Origin: Schizochytrium sp. TIO01 | Taxonomy: Eukaryota; Protista; Bigyra: Labyrinthulomycetes | Length of the DNA stretch: 64,000 nt | NCBI GenBank assembly: GCA_004764695.1 | Contig: SMSO01000025.1 | Location: forward strand, 2,728,001 to 2,792,000 | Direction: 5' to 3' | In this document: piece by piece, positions 21,151-33,842 of the stretch | Numbering within the stretch: position 1 is the first letter of the stretch | Layout: every line of letters starts with the position of its first letter | The notes under the pieces: generated by a model | Told to the model about the DNA's origin: nothing | The model's database searches: none | The model's input: the letters and a program-made list of their open reading frames with translations, nothing else | Made by a program: the position numbers and the translations under genes

Positions 21151-22539
21151 TCATCTAGGGGTTCTGATAAATAAAGCGGAATCCGGATCCCGCTGAACTT
21201 GCGTCTCAACATCAGCAATTGGCATGACTTGGCCATTCATAGCAATATATACACCTGGTTCTTGTGCAGTTGACAATGCCCCGAGCGCAGTCCCAACATT
21301 GAAAAGAGCGTCTGAATTGCGAAATTTATAAGGACGTAAGGCACCAGTGACTACAATAATTGTTTCGTCCAGGTCTGGGAAGAGGTGATCATGCAGAAAC
21401 TCTGCTGTTTCAATGAGAGTATCTGTGCCATGCGTAACAATTACTCGTTTAGCATCTACACGTTGAATCTCGTTTACAATGGCCAGACGGTCTCCCTCTG
21501 AAATATCTTGGCTATCTTTCCGGCACACGCTCGCAATAGAATAAGAAAAAGACCCAACAGCGTTAATATCCCTGAGGTCTCTCATGATGCTCAATACAGC
21601 TGGCTCGCCAATTTCAAAGGCATAGCCACCTGACAGCCGAGGATAATCCTTATCAATGGTCCCTCCAGTAGTGACAAATAACACATCTATGGAACTTATT
21701 CCAGCACTCGCAAACGAGGACGCATGGCTTGTGAAAGCACTTCGTGCGCTTGAAATTGTCGTGCGCGGGGTATTCCATGCACTTTCTATTGAAGTCATTC
21801 CCATAAACGAGTTACTGCGGTTTTGGGATATGACGCTAACATCCCCACCCCCAGCTGAGGTCTTAGAACCTGCAGCATTCGATATTGATGAGCTTGCTCG
21901 ACGAGCAACAACATTCGCAAGATCAGGAGAAACTAATTGCATAAGTTCTTCAATCCCAGGAAGTCGAATTGCACGTCTACTTCTGGCAAACTCGCGCACT
22001 TCGCGAACTGCATCGCTAAGAGCAACGAAATAGTGATGATGTACCCATAGAGCGGACACCGTACCCGTGCGGACCTGTCCTGATGCACAGAATATAACAA
22101 TCTTCTCGTTTGCCTTTTCCGCAGCATTTAAAGCCTGCAAAATTTTCGCTGTTGCAAGTTTGTCTTGCAAATTTGGCACGTGTTCAATGTGCGTTTTGTG
22201 CTCCGTACTTTGCGACCGCAACAGGTCTAGTAGTGGTTCTTCGTACATTGCGAGCTCACCTTCACTCAGCAACACCAGAAATCTTTGCGCGCATACTCTA
22301 TTCAGCCATGCCTGCACCTCCTCTGTGGCGATTTTTTTCCCGCGCGAGGAAATTCCTTCAGTACCTTCTCGAGTAGAGAGAACCGTTTGAGGTCGTTTCG
22401 GGGTCCCTGGAGCTGCAGCTGCCCAAACGATCTCATCTCTTCGACTCACCGGGGCCAGGTTGAACGAGTTTGCAGGTCTTTCCTGTTTCAGCGAACCCTT
22501 CATTGTGTTGGACTTGTCATCATCCTCCCAGGCCTCCAT
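21151..22539 (-). CDS. Fusion of a Cys-based (CX5R) phosphatase-like domain and a short L-asparaginase/glutaminase N-terminal catalytic domain
   Basis: P-loop IVIFCASGQVRTG (~22064-22100), a Ser-rich linker, then asparaginase signatures FVTTGGTIDKDY, KDSQDI, VIVTHGTDTL, VVTGALRP, SDALFN and VYIAMNG. The first ATG is at 22539 (track start is TTG). An AG acceptor near 22592 could indicate an upstream exon. Confidence 0.8.
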   Translation of the reverse strand: MEAWEDDDKSNTMKGSLKQERPANSFNLAPVSRRDEIVWAAAAPGTPKRPQTVLSTREGTEGISSRGKKIATEEVQAWLNRVCAQRFLVLLSEGELAMYEEPLLDLLRSQSTEHKTHIEHVPNLQDKLATAKILQALNAAEKANEKIVIFCASGQVRTGTVSALWVHHHYFVALSDAVREVREFARSRRAIRLPGIEELMQLVSPDLANVVARRASSSISNAAGSKTSAGGGDVSVISQNRSNSFMGMTSIESAWNTPRTTISSARSAFTSHASSFASAGISSIDVLFVTTGGTIDKDYPRLSGGYAFEIGEPAVLSIMRDLRDINAVGSFSYSIASVCRKDSQDISEGDRLAIVNEIQRVDAKRVIVTHGTDTLIETAEFLHDHLFPDLDETIIVVTGALRPYKFRNSDALFNVGTALGALSTAQEPGVYIAMNGQVMPIADVETQVQRDPDSALFIRTPR

Positions 22540-23004
22540 AGTGCTGTTTGCCGCGGGGTCTTTGTCCGTCTCATGCACGATTTGCAATGTCTGTTATTTT
22601 TATAATTTATAAAAATAAATAATAAAATCAAAAAATCAAGCCCTCAAAATCTTCCTTGAAAGCTCACGACTAAACAACCATACTCAGCTACTTCCACCGC
22701 TATAACCTATTGTACAGATAGCTTTAGTCTACTTTATGTAGACCTATTTTTCACTTGTGTTGCTCATAGAATGGGAACAACAGCAGTTGAACATAATAAA
22801 CAGATGTAATGCACGCCATAGAAATACACCATACAAAAATACCCTACTTGTAGATCTTATACTCTACTTTAAAAGATTAAAATAGACAGGCAGTATGAGT
22901 CTATGAGACAGGTTTCAAGCGACGGATTCTCAACAAACCTCCATCCACCGTCTATAAAGCGACGCGTGGTGGAGCGGATCTGAGTACTTCACTTCTGCGC
23001 GAGG

Positions 23005-26000
23005 ATGAAGTTTGGAAAACACTTTGAACGCGAACTGGTACGTTGGGACTGCAAAGAGGCTTCTCATCTTGCTCACAAAGAGTTTTCGTTCGTTCACAGG
23101 CAGATTATGGTTGGATGACTTCCTTCTTTATTTTGGCCGCAGTGCGCGTGATAAATGAGAAGCGAGTACAAGTGCAGGTCTCTACTTGTAGGAAAGGGAT
23201 TTGTGAAAGTCAGTGGCGATTCTTCAAACAATCGAAAGGGATCTAAGATCAATAGTATTGTTCACAATACAAGCCCAACATACTATTCGGATCTTGTACT
23301 TGGCAAGGGAGGACAAGCACATAACAAAGGAACTAACATAGAACCGCGCTTTTTTGTGAACGATCAAAACTCAATATCTATCTACCTTCTCTCATACTTT
23401 GTATATCATTGTGATGGCTGTCGCAAAATCGTGCTCTCTCTTTATGCTCAATTTAATATTGGCTGGCTGCTGACGAAAACAAAAACAGGTTCCGCAATGG
23501 AGACAACACTATATTCAATACAATGACCTCAAGCATTGGATCAAAGAGGAGGAGCGCAGTGGAGGATATACGGATGGTATTGCTTTCAATCGCGAAGTTG
23601 AAGAGCAAGTCAACCACGTGATGCGATTCTACCAGCAACAACGAACTCTTCTACAAAACGATGTTGACGCAGCTGAGCGACAACGCATTCTGCTCGCGCA
23701 GAGCTATGAATCACGACGTTCGCAACGGGCATATCGTGAATCACTTTTGCTAGAGTATCATCGCCTTGGAGAACAACTCTTGCAAATATTTCACTACCTC
23801 GAGCTAAACTCTGTTGCGCTTCGCAAAATAAACAAAAAGTACTTGAAAAGAGTACGTACAGCAGATCGCACAATTCTTAGCATGGCAAAATCCGAACAAA
23901 CATCGCAATTGGCAGAAAATCTCAAGCGAATGAAAGACTTTACGCTGCTTCAGCCTTTCGTTGACACAATTCGTCAAGGAATCATCCACCTCGAAAGCGA
24001 TTTACGTTTGGACATGCGCAAAGACAGACGGCCAGATCCATCAAATGTAGGCCCTGAGGGCTCAAATCAATTCGGCTCCACATGGTCACCTATCCCGGCG
24101 ATTCGTTTCAAGCAATACAAACGCCACGGCCATGCAATCGTCCAGGACCTTTCCCTCCTTCAAAGCAAACTTCATGAGTCCACCTCGTTCCTTGATTTCC
24201 TCTCATTGCAATCAGCCATTCCTTTTCAGCGTCAGATCATTCGAAGTCAAAGTTCAATGGTACTTGCTCGTCGTTCGCAAATTATGCCTCTTTATAAACT
24301 TCGCTCAAATGAAGAAGATGGGACCGAGGATTCTGCGTTTCAAGAGGCATCAAACCTCTCACTAAAGATTGATGATGCCTCGGATGAAGAAATTCTATAT
24401 CCGAAGGATCCGGCATACGCTAAAGTGCAGCAGGATGATTACGAAAGTGCTACTTTGACTGACTCAGAAGAAGATGCAGAAGATGACTTCATGTCCCAAT
24501 ATATCAACCTTGGCTCTACATTTTTCTACTTGTGCAACTACAACATTTGCTTGCCAACCTCAGGCGAGTACGCAGCTCACATGGGCCTTGAGGCATCAAC
24601 TTCGGGTGTGATTGTAGCTATGACGCCTGTAGCCGCATTGATTTCTGCAATTGCCTACAGCTACTGGTCAAATTTTAGCTTTCGGAAACCTTTGCTTTGT
24701 AGCTCAGTACTTCTTGTTTGCGGCAACCTGTTGTATGCTCTCGCGTGGGATGCCAATGTCACATCAATGATCCTGTTGGGGCGCTTTGTAACTGGACTGG
24801 GTGGTGCGCGCGCCGTCAACAGACGCTACATTGCTGATAGTATTCGAGTAGAACACCGAACACGGGCATCTGCAGCCTTTGTAGCTGCTGGTGCTCTTGG
24901 CATGGCTTGTGGACCGTTTCTTGCAAGTATTTTCAGTGGGTTTGACATGCTAATTTTTGGGCTGACCTTCAATGAGATGACCGCACCGGCGTTTTTTATG
25001 GCTGTTGTTTGGGTCGTCTTTGGATTCATGGTTCTGGTTTTCTTTCGGGAACCAAGCAACGCAATCTTGTCGAAGATTCCTGAGGATCGTGAAAGGTCAG
25101 AGTCCGGTATTAGTACAGTGTACGATGATTTCCTTGATGATGACGATGATGAAGATGACGATGATGATTCAGTGTACGATCCCTTACAGGATGCTTCCGA
25201 AAGTGCATCTTACATGAGCGGTGTGCGCTCTTCAAATGTTGTGTCTACTAGTGGAGACCCGTGGGGGAAATCAAGGCAAGGCTTCTTTAGCCATCGCTCA
25301 GAAGATGAAGTTTTCAACGATGGCATCGATATCGTGTTAGACGCACCAACAAATATGTCACAAGATGGTGATGCCAACGAGGATAGAGTTTTGCTGGAGA
25401 ATGCACACGAATCTGTCCACCTGAACCGGAGTCCGTTTTCACCTCAGACAAGGATGCGAGGAAGTGGGGATGCTGCTACTGGAAACTATGGCTCGTTTGG
25501 CACTTCTGGAGAAGCTTCTCTTAATGCCTCAGTAATCAAGGGTAAGGCTCACACGATGAAGACTCCACTCGCATACAAGCCACTGATGGGTAAAGATCAA
25601 TTGCGTGCGCGTCGTCGTACCTTGCGTTTCCGCTTAACACTTTTGTGTTTGTGGGTAATATTCTGGGTCAAGCTTGTCCAGGAAGCCTTATTGACGGCCC
25701 TGCCTTTGACTCTTCCTAGTTTTATTGGTTGGGGTTCTGGCCGAATTGGTATTTTCATGGCTTGTTTGGGACTCTCTGTGGTGCCTTTCAATATGATACT
25801 AGTTAACCTGTCAAGACTCTATGGGTTGCGTGACACCTTCTGGGTTCGTTATTTGCAAGTCCCGCTTATCCTCGGAGCAAGTATGCTGGCGTGGGATCCC
25901 GCGACGCAAATGCCCGCCTTACTTTTTGTTGGGTATTTTGTGGTCTTTGTTTCAAGTCAGGTTATGGAGGCTGTAATAATGGCTTACTTCAGTAAAGTTA

Positions 26001-26200
26001 TTGATGCACGCCTGGCAGCTGGTACCTTCAACAGCGGACTCTTGGCTACAGAGGCCGGAACCTTCGGTCGCGCGGCTGGTAATGCTCTCATCACAGCCTT
26101 TCGATCAGGAACTGCTTCCGTTCTTCATGAAAAACTTTATGGATTTGATGCCCTGGTGACAATTCCAACGTTTTTGGTAACATTTTGGTTGACCAAGTAG
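23005..26200 (+). CDS. SPX-MFS protein (VPT1/PHT5-like vacuolar phosphate transporter); exons 23005-23037 and 23489-26200
   Basis: Exon 1 MKFGKHFEREL, the GT..AG intron 23038-23488, and exon 2 VPQWRQHYIQYNDLKHWI together give a canonical SPX N-terminus. The SPX basic cluster is LNSVALRKINKKY. The MFS has YLCNYNICLPTS, LLGRFVTGLGGARAVNRRYIAD and GTFNSGLLATEAGTFGRA. Confidence 0.9.
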
Positions 26201-27089
26201 GTTAACACCATCTGAAGCACTTTGCAAGCGCAGTGTTTTCGTTTGATGTAACCCAAATACCTGTTAACGCTACAATATTCCGTACAAAAGTTGATCCGAT
26301 CGAATTGCTTTAGCATTATCTCTCGGCTGGAATATTTTGCTTTACAGTCGCTTGCACATTAGTAGAAATAGTCCAAAAACCAAATAAAGAACCGGGTCTA
26401 CTTGGTTCTAGTCTTGTTTTATGATGCCGGTCGTTTTCTACTTCGTCCCGTGTATGAGAATGGTTTCCAATCAATAAGCTAAATTATACCTTTTCACATC
26501 GGCATTAAGTGATGATGTAGGTATTATAATTTTGATCTTATGATTGTTTGTTTCTCATTGAGATCTTATAAAATTCTTTTCGCTGTTTCATTTGCTCGTC
26601 TGCGTCTCGAAACAGAAGGATCGTGAGATTGTGGAGTAAACACGACATCATTTGGAATATCAATCGTTTTAGTCTTATTGTCTCGGACGGTCAGTTCTGG
26701 TCTTTTCACACTGGCTTACGTGATGGAGATGAGGTCATTGAAATTCTAAAACTTATCAAATAGTAGAGTCTATTAATAGTAGAAGAAAATATAGTATAAG
26801 AGACATGTTTTACTTTCAAGATTTTATAACTTGTTATATATAGTATAGATGCACACTACGCTTTGAAAAATATGGTGAGTTGGCATTAGCTTTTGAGTCT
26901 CGATTCCAGCAATCACACCAGCAAACATGAGAAAGCCTTCGGCCATCATCACTGAGGCATACATGAAGAAAATAGACACCATAAAATACAAATCATGCTT
27001 TGTCTTGGAGTGTATATGCAGGTCCTAGCATAAATCTACAAATGAGTTGTAAGACCCCTATGGCCCAAAGAGATGCAGACTATACATCT

Positions 27090-28484
27090 TTATGATCCTT
27101 TGCCAAACTCTGACATGGCCCAAAGCTGTGAAGTTGAGTCTTCCTGTGGGTCGGCACAAGTCTCGTGAAGATAGCATCGGTCTTCTGCCAAGTTAAGAAC
27201 TGCATAGTTACATTTATCCTTGGTGCTACACTTGTATGCACATTTTACTGCATTGGTTGTCTTAAATGAAGCAAAGTGTTGATCATTGCAAGACTGACCA
27301 CTTTCTGCTAAAGAGTCAACAACTGTCTCTCGCACATAAACCTCGTCATCAGAGTCTCCAGAGGTCGTTGCGCATTTGTTTTTCTTGAACAAACGGCAAA
27401 TTCCAGCAGAGATATCTAGCGTGGCGGTATAGCATGAACTCGTGGTAATGCAGTTCCATACACAGGTTTCCGATGTTGAATCAGAAATCTCTTTGAAAGA
27501 CTTCTTATCTTCGTTCTTGCACTCCTTTCCGGTGGTGGCAATATCCAAGAGAGCCTCACGGACGATCGATTTGGTGGGAGCCGCGGTCGGAGAAGATGTG
27601 ACAGTAACCACAGTTTGATCTGCAAGATCGCCATCGCTCTCAACCACACTTTTGATCCAATCAAAATACTCGGAGTTTCGTTGGTATACGCCATAGTATC
27701 CATAGTTAGCACAACCTTTACCGTATGAGACAACTCCAATCTGAGAGATTTGACCCGTAGAATCCTCCATAAGGAGTGGGCCACCAGAATCCCCGGAGCA
27801 TGAGTCCATCTTGTACGTGTCATCATAACCGGCGCAGATGTGGTTCACCGTAACTTTAGTGCCATAAGCAGCCTGACATTTCGCAGTGCTTTGGATAGGC
27901 ACGTCGACCTGTCGTAGATCATCGACCACAAGACCGCTACCCACCGATGTGTAGCCCCAACCAATAACAGTTGCATAGCTTCCTACTGTTTCGTACGGAT
28001 CAGTGTATGGGTAGCGGTTGAGAATGACTGAGTCAACATTATTGACGTCTTTGTTGAGTCTGAGCAATGCAAGATCATTCTGCTCTGTTGCGTAATTGGG
28101 GTTGCGAATGATACTTGTCACTTTGCGAATGACACCAGCGGAGGCAGATGTGAGACTGTTCGTGCCAATTTGCACACGATCAGGCCCAATATACTTGACG
28201 CAATGTGCTGCTGTCAAAATCCAGCGCTTATTAATCAGTGTACCGCCACAGAAATGTCTCCACCCATTGCCCCATGTCTTGCGCTTGTATTGCAAAGATG
28301 TCATCCAAGGGTATTGATCCTTTTTGGACACAATTGTGCCACCAATGATTCTAGCTGAAATCAATTTGCGATCCGAATCCTCCTGCTGTCTCAACCCTCC
28401 TTCGTGTGCCTCAACATTATTAGTGCCGGACAAGAGCACGAGCAGGGTCAGAGCGAGGCTAAGTATGCCTTGTGTACGCACCAT
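27090..28484 (-). CDS. Secreted trypsin-like (S1) serine protease with two C-terminal PAN/apple-like Cys modules
   Basis: Signal peptide, activation site R|IIGG, HFCGGTLI, LTAAHC, NDLALL and DSCSGDSGGP (Asp in the S1 pocket). A Thr/Pro linker leads to two C-x3-C-x5-C...C-x-L modules. Confidence 0.92.
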   Translation of the reverse strand: MVRTQGILSLALTLLVLLSGTNNVEAHEGGLRQQEDSDRKLISARIIGGTIVSKKDQYPWMTSLQYKRKTWGNGWRHFCGGTLINKRWILTAAHCVKYIGPDRVQIGTNSLTSASAGVIRKVTSIIRNPNYATEQNDLALLRLNKDVNNVDSVILNRYPYTDPYETVGSYATVIGWGYTSVGSGLVVDDLRQVDVPIQSTAKCQAAYGTKVTVNHICAGYDDTYKMDSCSGDSGGPLLMEDSTGQISQIGVVSYGKGCANYGYYGVYQRNSEYFDWIKSVVESDGDLADQTVVTVTSSPTAAPTKSIVREALLDIATTGKECKNEDKKSFKEISDSTSETCVWNCITTSSCYTATLDISAGICRLFKKNKCATTSGDSDDEVYVRETVVDSLAESGQSCNDQHFASFKTTNAVKCAYKCSTKDKCNYAVLNLAEDRCYLHETCADPQEDSTSQLWAMSEFGKGS

Positions 28485-30760
28485 TTCTGCGCTTCTTCTT
28501 TCCTGCTTTGTTGTCGAAAACTTCTTGGTTCTCGTTTATTGACAACAGCTAAATTGTAATTGCCACACGCAGGAAGGAACCAATCAAAATTGAAGATTAC
28601 CTTCGAGTATAGTGGCTTGTTAAAGCAGCTCGTATGCAAGGATCAGGCGCAGAGATATGCCTTTGCCTTGCTGCCGGCCTTGCCTCAACCCTGTTCTTCA
28701 AGTTTTTGATTTGCGATTTGCTCGCGAAAATAGCCTTCACCTTGGCTGGGGTCTTTCACTCTCTCTCACAGGAGAGGGAGGTGTGTTTTCTTTTTTGCTC
28801 TTTTAATTTTAAAAGTTATTTTTTACTTTATTTTCAATCAACCTGCCAAAAAGGTTTTGATTACTTTGCAATATCGCAAAACACGAGCGCGGACCTGCTC
28901 GCCTGTCTTTGCGACTCGCGAATTCAAGGAGTCGAGGGTTCGTCGCTTGCTCAAAACGTGGTCGGCCAATCGAGATCACCTTGGGGAGTCTAGGACAACG
29001 CCAGGGTTTGCTCGTTTTGAGGTTTGATTGGTTCTGAAATTTTGGTGAGAGAAGCTTTCAGAGACCAAAATGGCAAACATTTAGAAGTTATTAAAAGTTT
29101 TTATTTCTTTAAATCACTCAGAATCGTGACAGAAACAGAAAAGCAAACTGGTAGTACAGCTACGTAGTAAACCTAGTACGAAATGAACGAAGAAGTTTGC
29201 CAAGCAAGAGGATAAGGAACATCAAATCGTTCAAACGAAGAAAAGGAGCTTGTAAGTTCGAACATGCTCGAAAATTGGCCTGACACCCCTCTTGTGCAGG
29301 GCATCTGTAGTCAAGCAGTTTTTGAAACAATACCGATGAGAACTGGAAAGAGAAGGATAAATAATAATAATTATTATTTGGACTTCTGGGGTAAGATGTG
29401 TATGGATGATGGCATGGAATGAACAATCTCCATCAGCTAGATTACCTTTTATGAAAAAAAACTGTAAAAGTTGCTTTCAAATGCTCGTCCTCCTCTTTGT
29501 TGCCTCTTTTTTGCAGGGCCGCATCACGTGTTTGAAGGGTGAGTCGAAGTTTCATATTTGTCATGCCTCAGGACAGCTCATAAAGACGTACACAGAAACG
29601 CATTAAAATAAATAAATAATAAATTAATAAACAAATATATATAATGAATAAATTTATAATTTACACAAAGTTACGACGAAGAATATATAGGAAATAAGAA
29701 AGTCGGGAACCTCAAGTTTCATGATGATCTACTCGATCAATCGCCTGGCAACAATCCTGAGCGATAATCAGTCTAGATTGCGTACCCACACTCGCGTCGT
29801 AGCTCGCAATTTGGAGTATCTCGCGGCACAGGGAGCTCTTTCTGTGATATTGCTTCGATCAGAATAAATGATATGTAAAGTCTGAGAATTAAAGTATATT
29901 TTCTTTAACAAAGAGCGAGAACTTTATGATGCACTGTGGTTCGACTGAAACTCGACCTTCTATGCACAACTCGGACTTTGATTACCAGACTAACATATCC
30001 CTACTTGACCCTCTATAGTATATTCATGCAACACTCAAAATAAACAGGAACAAGGTTCCTGTCTTGCGTTGACGTTTACAAACTAATCGCAATTGTGCTT
30101 ATTTAGAATTATAATATCGCCGTGAAAATATAGTTTTAAAACAAGAGAGTCCAAACGTAAAAAAAAGAAGAAAAAAAGTCTCTGACAATAAAAATGCACC
30201 ATTAATGCACACATCTCAATAGAAGAGAGAACTGCATAACGTACTCAGTAACGCGCTTTCTACACGCTCGTGTCACTGTTATATAAACCTAGCACCAGAA
30301 GACTTTACTGCTTGCAGCAGATCTGCTCGAAACATAGTATATTCCCTCACATTTTTAAAAGTTTCGTTCTTACAAAATTATAAATGCACGCCAAAATCTT
30401 CTGGGAGGGAACACTAGTACACACCGTCCGCGCCGAGCTGCAGTGAAAGACCATTTGTAGGACCCCATTAGTAATATTGTTAGATCTAGACTGTACCCAG
30501 ATCCGATGTGGTAAACATCATCGCGTTCGAGGATACCTTGCGGACCCCTCCGCGCAAGACGTAAAGAGACCTTTGATAGAAGTTGTTGCTTTGTTGTTTG
30601 GTTCGTGTAGCTGAATCTATCAAGGTTCACAGGAGACTTTGACATGCACGTGCAATGTTAGCACTACTTCTGTGTTGCCGCGGCAGAAAAGTTCGAATAT
30701 CGTGTTTCACCCGTTTATAGAAATCGAGGTTTTCTGGAGAAAGAATCTTTTATAAATCCC

Positions 30761-30764
<4 letters not shown>

Positions 30765-30795
<31 letters not shown>
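30765..30795 (+). repeat. Poly-T tract (~30 nt) in an AT-rich low-complexity region
   Basis: Directly visible. Confidence 0.9.
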
Positions 30796-30796
<1 letters not shown>

Positions 30797-33700
30797 AACT
30801 GAAAAAAATTAATATATACATATATATTAATAAAAAAAAAAATGCTGTTTTTTGTTTGTTTGTTTTTAATGAAGCAAACGAAAAAAGATGAAACGACCAG
30901 GACCTTTCTAATAATAACGTCATGTCACATTCGTCGTTGAACGTGTGCTCTTTAATAGAGAAATACTCTTGAAACTACACAATGTAATTGGTTAATTAAT
31001 ATCTCGACCGACCATACTTATGGTTAGCTTTTCATCATTGCACCAAAAAACAGAGAACAAAAAATAATGGCGAGACTACAGAAAATTGAATCAAAATTCT
31101 TGGCTATGGGACATGAGTAAGGTCCCGATGCCGATGTTGTAGGTAGATGTGCTGTTTATCACTGCCGCCACCTCAAACTCTGCCCCACCAGCCGGTCAGA
31201 GCATGCATGCGAAAGTAGCGAGGTAACCACTGCGTTAGAAAAGGCTCGCGGACGGCAAAGGCGGACTTTCTTTCATTTGCACAAAAGAAATCGAAAAGAA
31301 GAAACGAAAAAAATGAGTGCAGGTGCACGTGGCCTTCCTTTAAACCCGTTTACTCACCATCTGCTCGCTTCTATTATTCCAATCATTCAGAAAGGAATCA
31401 TCTCAATCAATGACATCGAAAACTCGCTTCCTCTTTCTTAGGTATTCTTGTGATGGTATGGGAAGATGGGGAAACCTGAAAACCTTTTTCGCACAAATGA
31501 GTAGAAGAGATGTGTCGGCACAATGGGCAGCGTTTGCCGCGGCGTATGTCCTCGTACTTGCTAAGAAGAGGGCTAGAATGACCTTTCTGGAGGTCCGACG
31601 GAAGAAAAGCGCAACAAGAGGTCGACGTTTGGGCATGCGCCTGATCGCACAACTGAGTATGAATTGAACTATTTTGAGTGTTAGAACAAAGAGGTGGGCT
31701 TGTGTTCTACTGAGATATAGAGGTAGTTCTCAATACGTCGCACACGTGCCTAGTTCACTTAAATAGCACTTATTGAGGGTATAGAACTTGGCTCTGGTAG
31801 TCAGTATAGATTAACCTTCAGGAGCTGGCTAGGATTATGAAAAGGTATAACAATGAAGCGATAAGATAATCAATGCCGTCACAGCTCCTCAAATCAAACT
31901 TACTTCTTCGGAGTGTTATCATCATCTTCATTCGGACCAGCTCCATGCGTCGGTTCTAGGGTTCGGTGTATGATGACACTCTACACTCAAAACCAAAAGT
32001 GGGATTTTTAAAAAATTAATTATGAAGAAGACAGCTGAAGGAAGAAAAGCTAGAGAGGATTGGTCTAATAATGAACATGCGGTTTCCACGATTTTAGTGG
32101 GCACGCGACCTCTTGAGCAGGAAACCTAGGGTACAACCGGCTCGAATTCTACTGCAGTGGTATATTGGTCGGATTTCTGGCCTAAGTTATATCTATTAAA
32201 ACCTACATAGCCAATTGGTTTGTCCATCACTGGCCTTGCCAATTATATCAATTATAGCGAAAATATATGAATGATTGAAGTGGCAAATTGAGTCCGTCTA
32301 TACTTGCATAAAGTGCTGCTCGATTTAATAATTCATTAGATAAACTGCACGTGATAAACGACAATCTAAGCATTGTGGGTGTTTCTTGCACCAACAGCAA
32401 TAATTAGTCGGAAGTCAATACTTGGTGGGCCGTTTGTCTTTACCCAGTTGAAAAATTGCAGAGATAGCCTTCTCACCATATACACGCTCTCTCCGCTTGC
32501 GTCTTATACTAAACTTGCTGAGTTCGTAAGCCCATAACACTACTAGCAACACTACTAGCAACAACTATAATAGTCACTACTACTACAACTGCAAGGTCAA
32601 CGACAACCCAAATTCAGAGTTCTTGGGCCCTAGTCCAACCGTCGGGCATACGTGATCAGAGAAAAAGAGAGAGCTTTTGAGGCTCTAGACTTGAACTGGA
32701 AAAAATAAAAATAGGCGAATTTGCCTTTTCCTATGAAAAATAACCTCTTATTTGTCTTCATTAAGCACAAACATTGAATTGGTCTAGTTTAGTTCCTCTA
32801 TGCCCCTAAATCTTGAACTTCGTTATGAGATTTGATAGACAGCTTGTGGACCCCAATCAGCCATTAGAACGTGCCCTAAGACGGTTCCGCTTGGTAGCGA
32901 CAGCAAAGATCGACAAAAGCCCTTGTCGAACAAACTGACTCACCAAAAGATGGTAGCAAAACCTTGAACATCGCGAGAGATGCCTCAATAAGAACAGTAG
33001 TTCTGTTCTGTAGTAATAGATTGTCATCATAGAAACACTAATGCTGAAATGACCAATTATTTTGGTGCGCTTGATGGGAGAAGAGCATTTATATTGATGA
33101 GTTCTAACTTTGCTTCATTCGCAGTGGATCTGGCTTTTGCAGCTGCAGAATCTTAAAACTTGTGCACTGGGATAAGGAGCAGCTCTAAGAAGGCATAGCC
33201 TTTGCCATTGTCAGAATAAGTCCCATCCTTACTTCGGTTCGGAGTCTGAGAAAATTTATTCTCTGCAAGCCACTCGCTGTAAATTTTTAAGTAAAAGTAT
33301 GCTCTCAATGAATCTTGACAAGACATAATAAATGCAATGAGTTTGTTAACCTAGCATTATCGTATGGATTCGATCTTGACGAATACGCCTTGAGGCCACC
33401 TTCAACGCAGAAGTATAGTTATGAACAGACAGAGCCAGGAGGGACGGGGTATCTACTGCTTGGTAAGGTTCTATACAGTTCTCCGTTTCAGCTGGAAAGG
33501 GGAGTTCTCTTCGTATTCATTTGTCAATTTACGTTTCTTTAATTTTCTCTGATTATATACCCTTCTTGTTACCGCCTTGAGTTTCTACCTCGAGACGAGG
33601 CGGCATTGCGTAGATAAAAAGCTGATAATATATCTTCATTCTGGGATGCCTGGGTTCCCCACGCAGCTTTTTACGATAGTTTCTATATGAGGATACACCT

Positions 33701-33842
33701 ATATGTCCCCTCCAGAAAAAACCTATGTCACTGGTCACTTAGGGTCTTTGCTTTTCAAAATCTATGTGTCTACGCTGACAAATACGCAATAAGAATGCGC
33801 ACGGGTCGCGAGAGTTTTTTTTTCACTGAAATCAACTCGTTC

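Noticed and set aside
28350-28410. RxLR/PEXEL-like motif in the trypsin propeptide (GGLR..RKL)
   Set aside because: More simply a propeptide processing site; no canonical RxLR-dEER order.
31960-32045. Possible box C/D snoRNA (ATGATGA ... CTGA about 65 nt apart)
   Set aside because: No convincing terminal stem or identifiable rRNA guide; such boxes arise by chance in AT-rich DNA.
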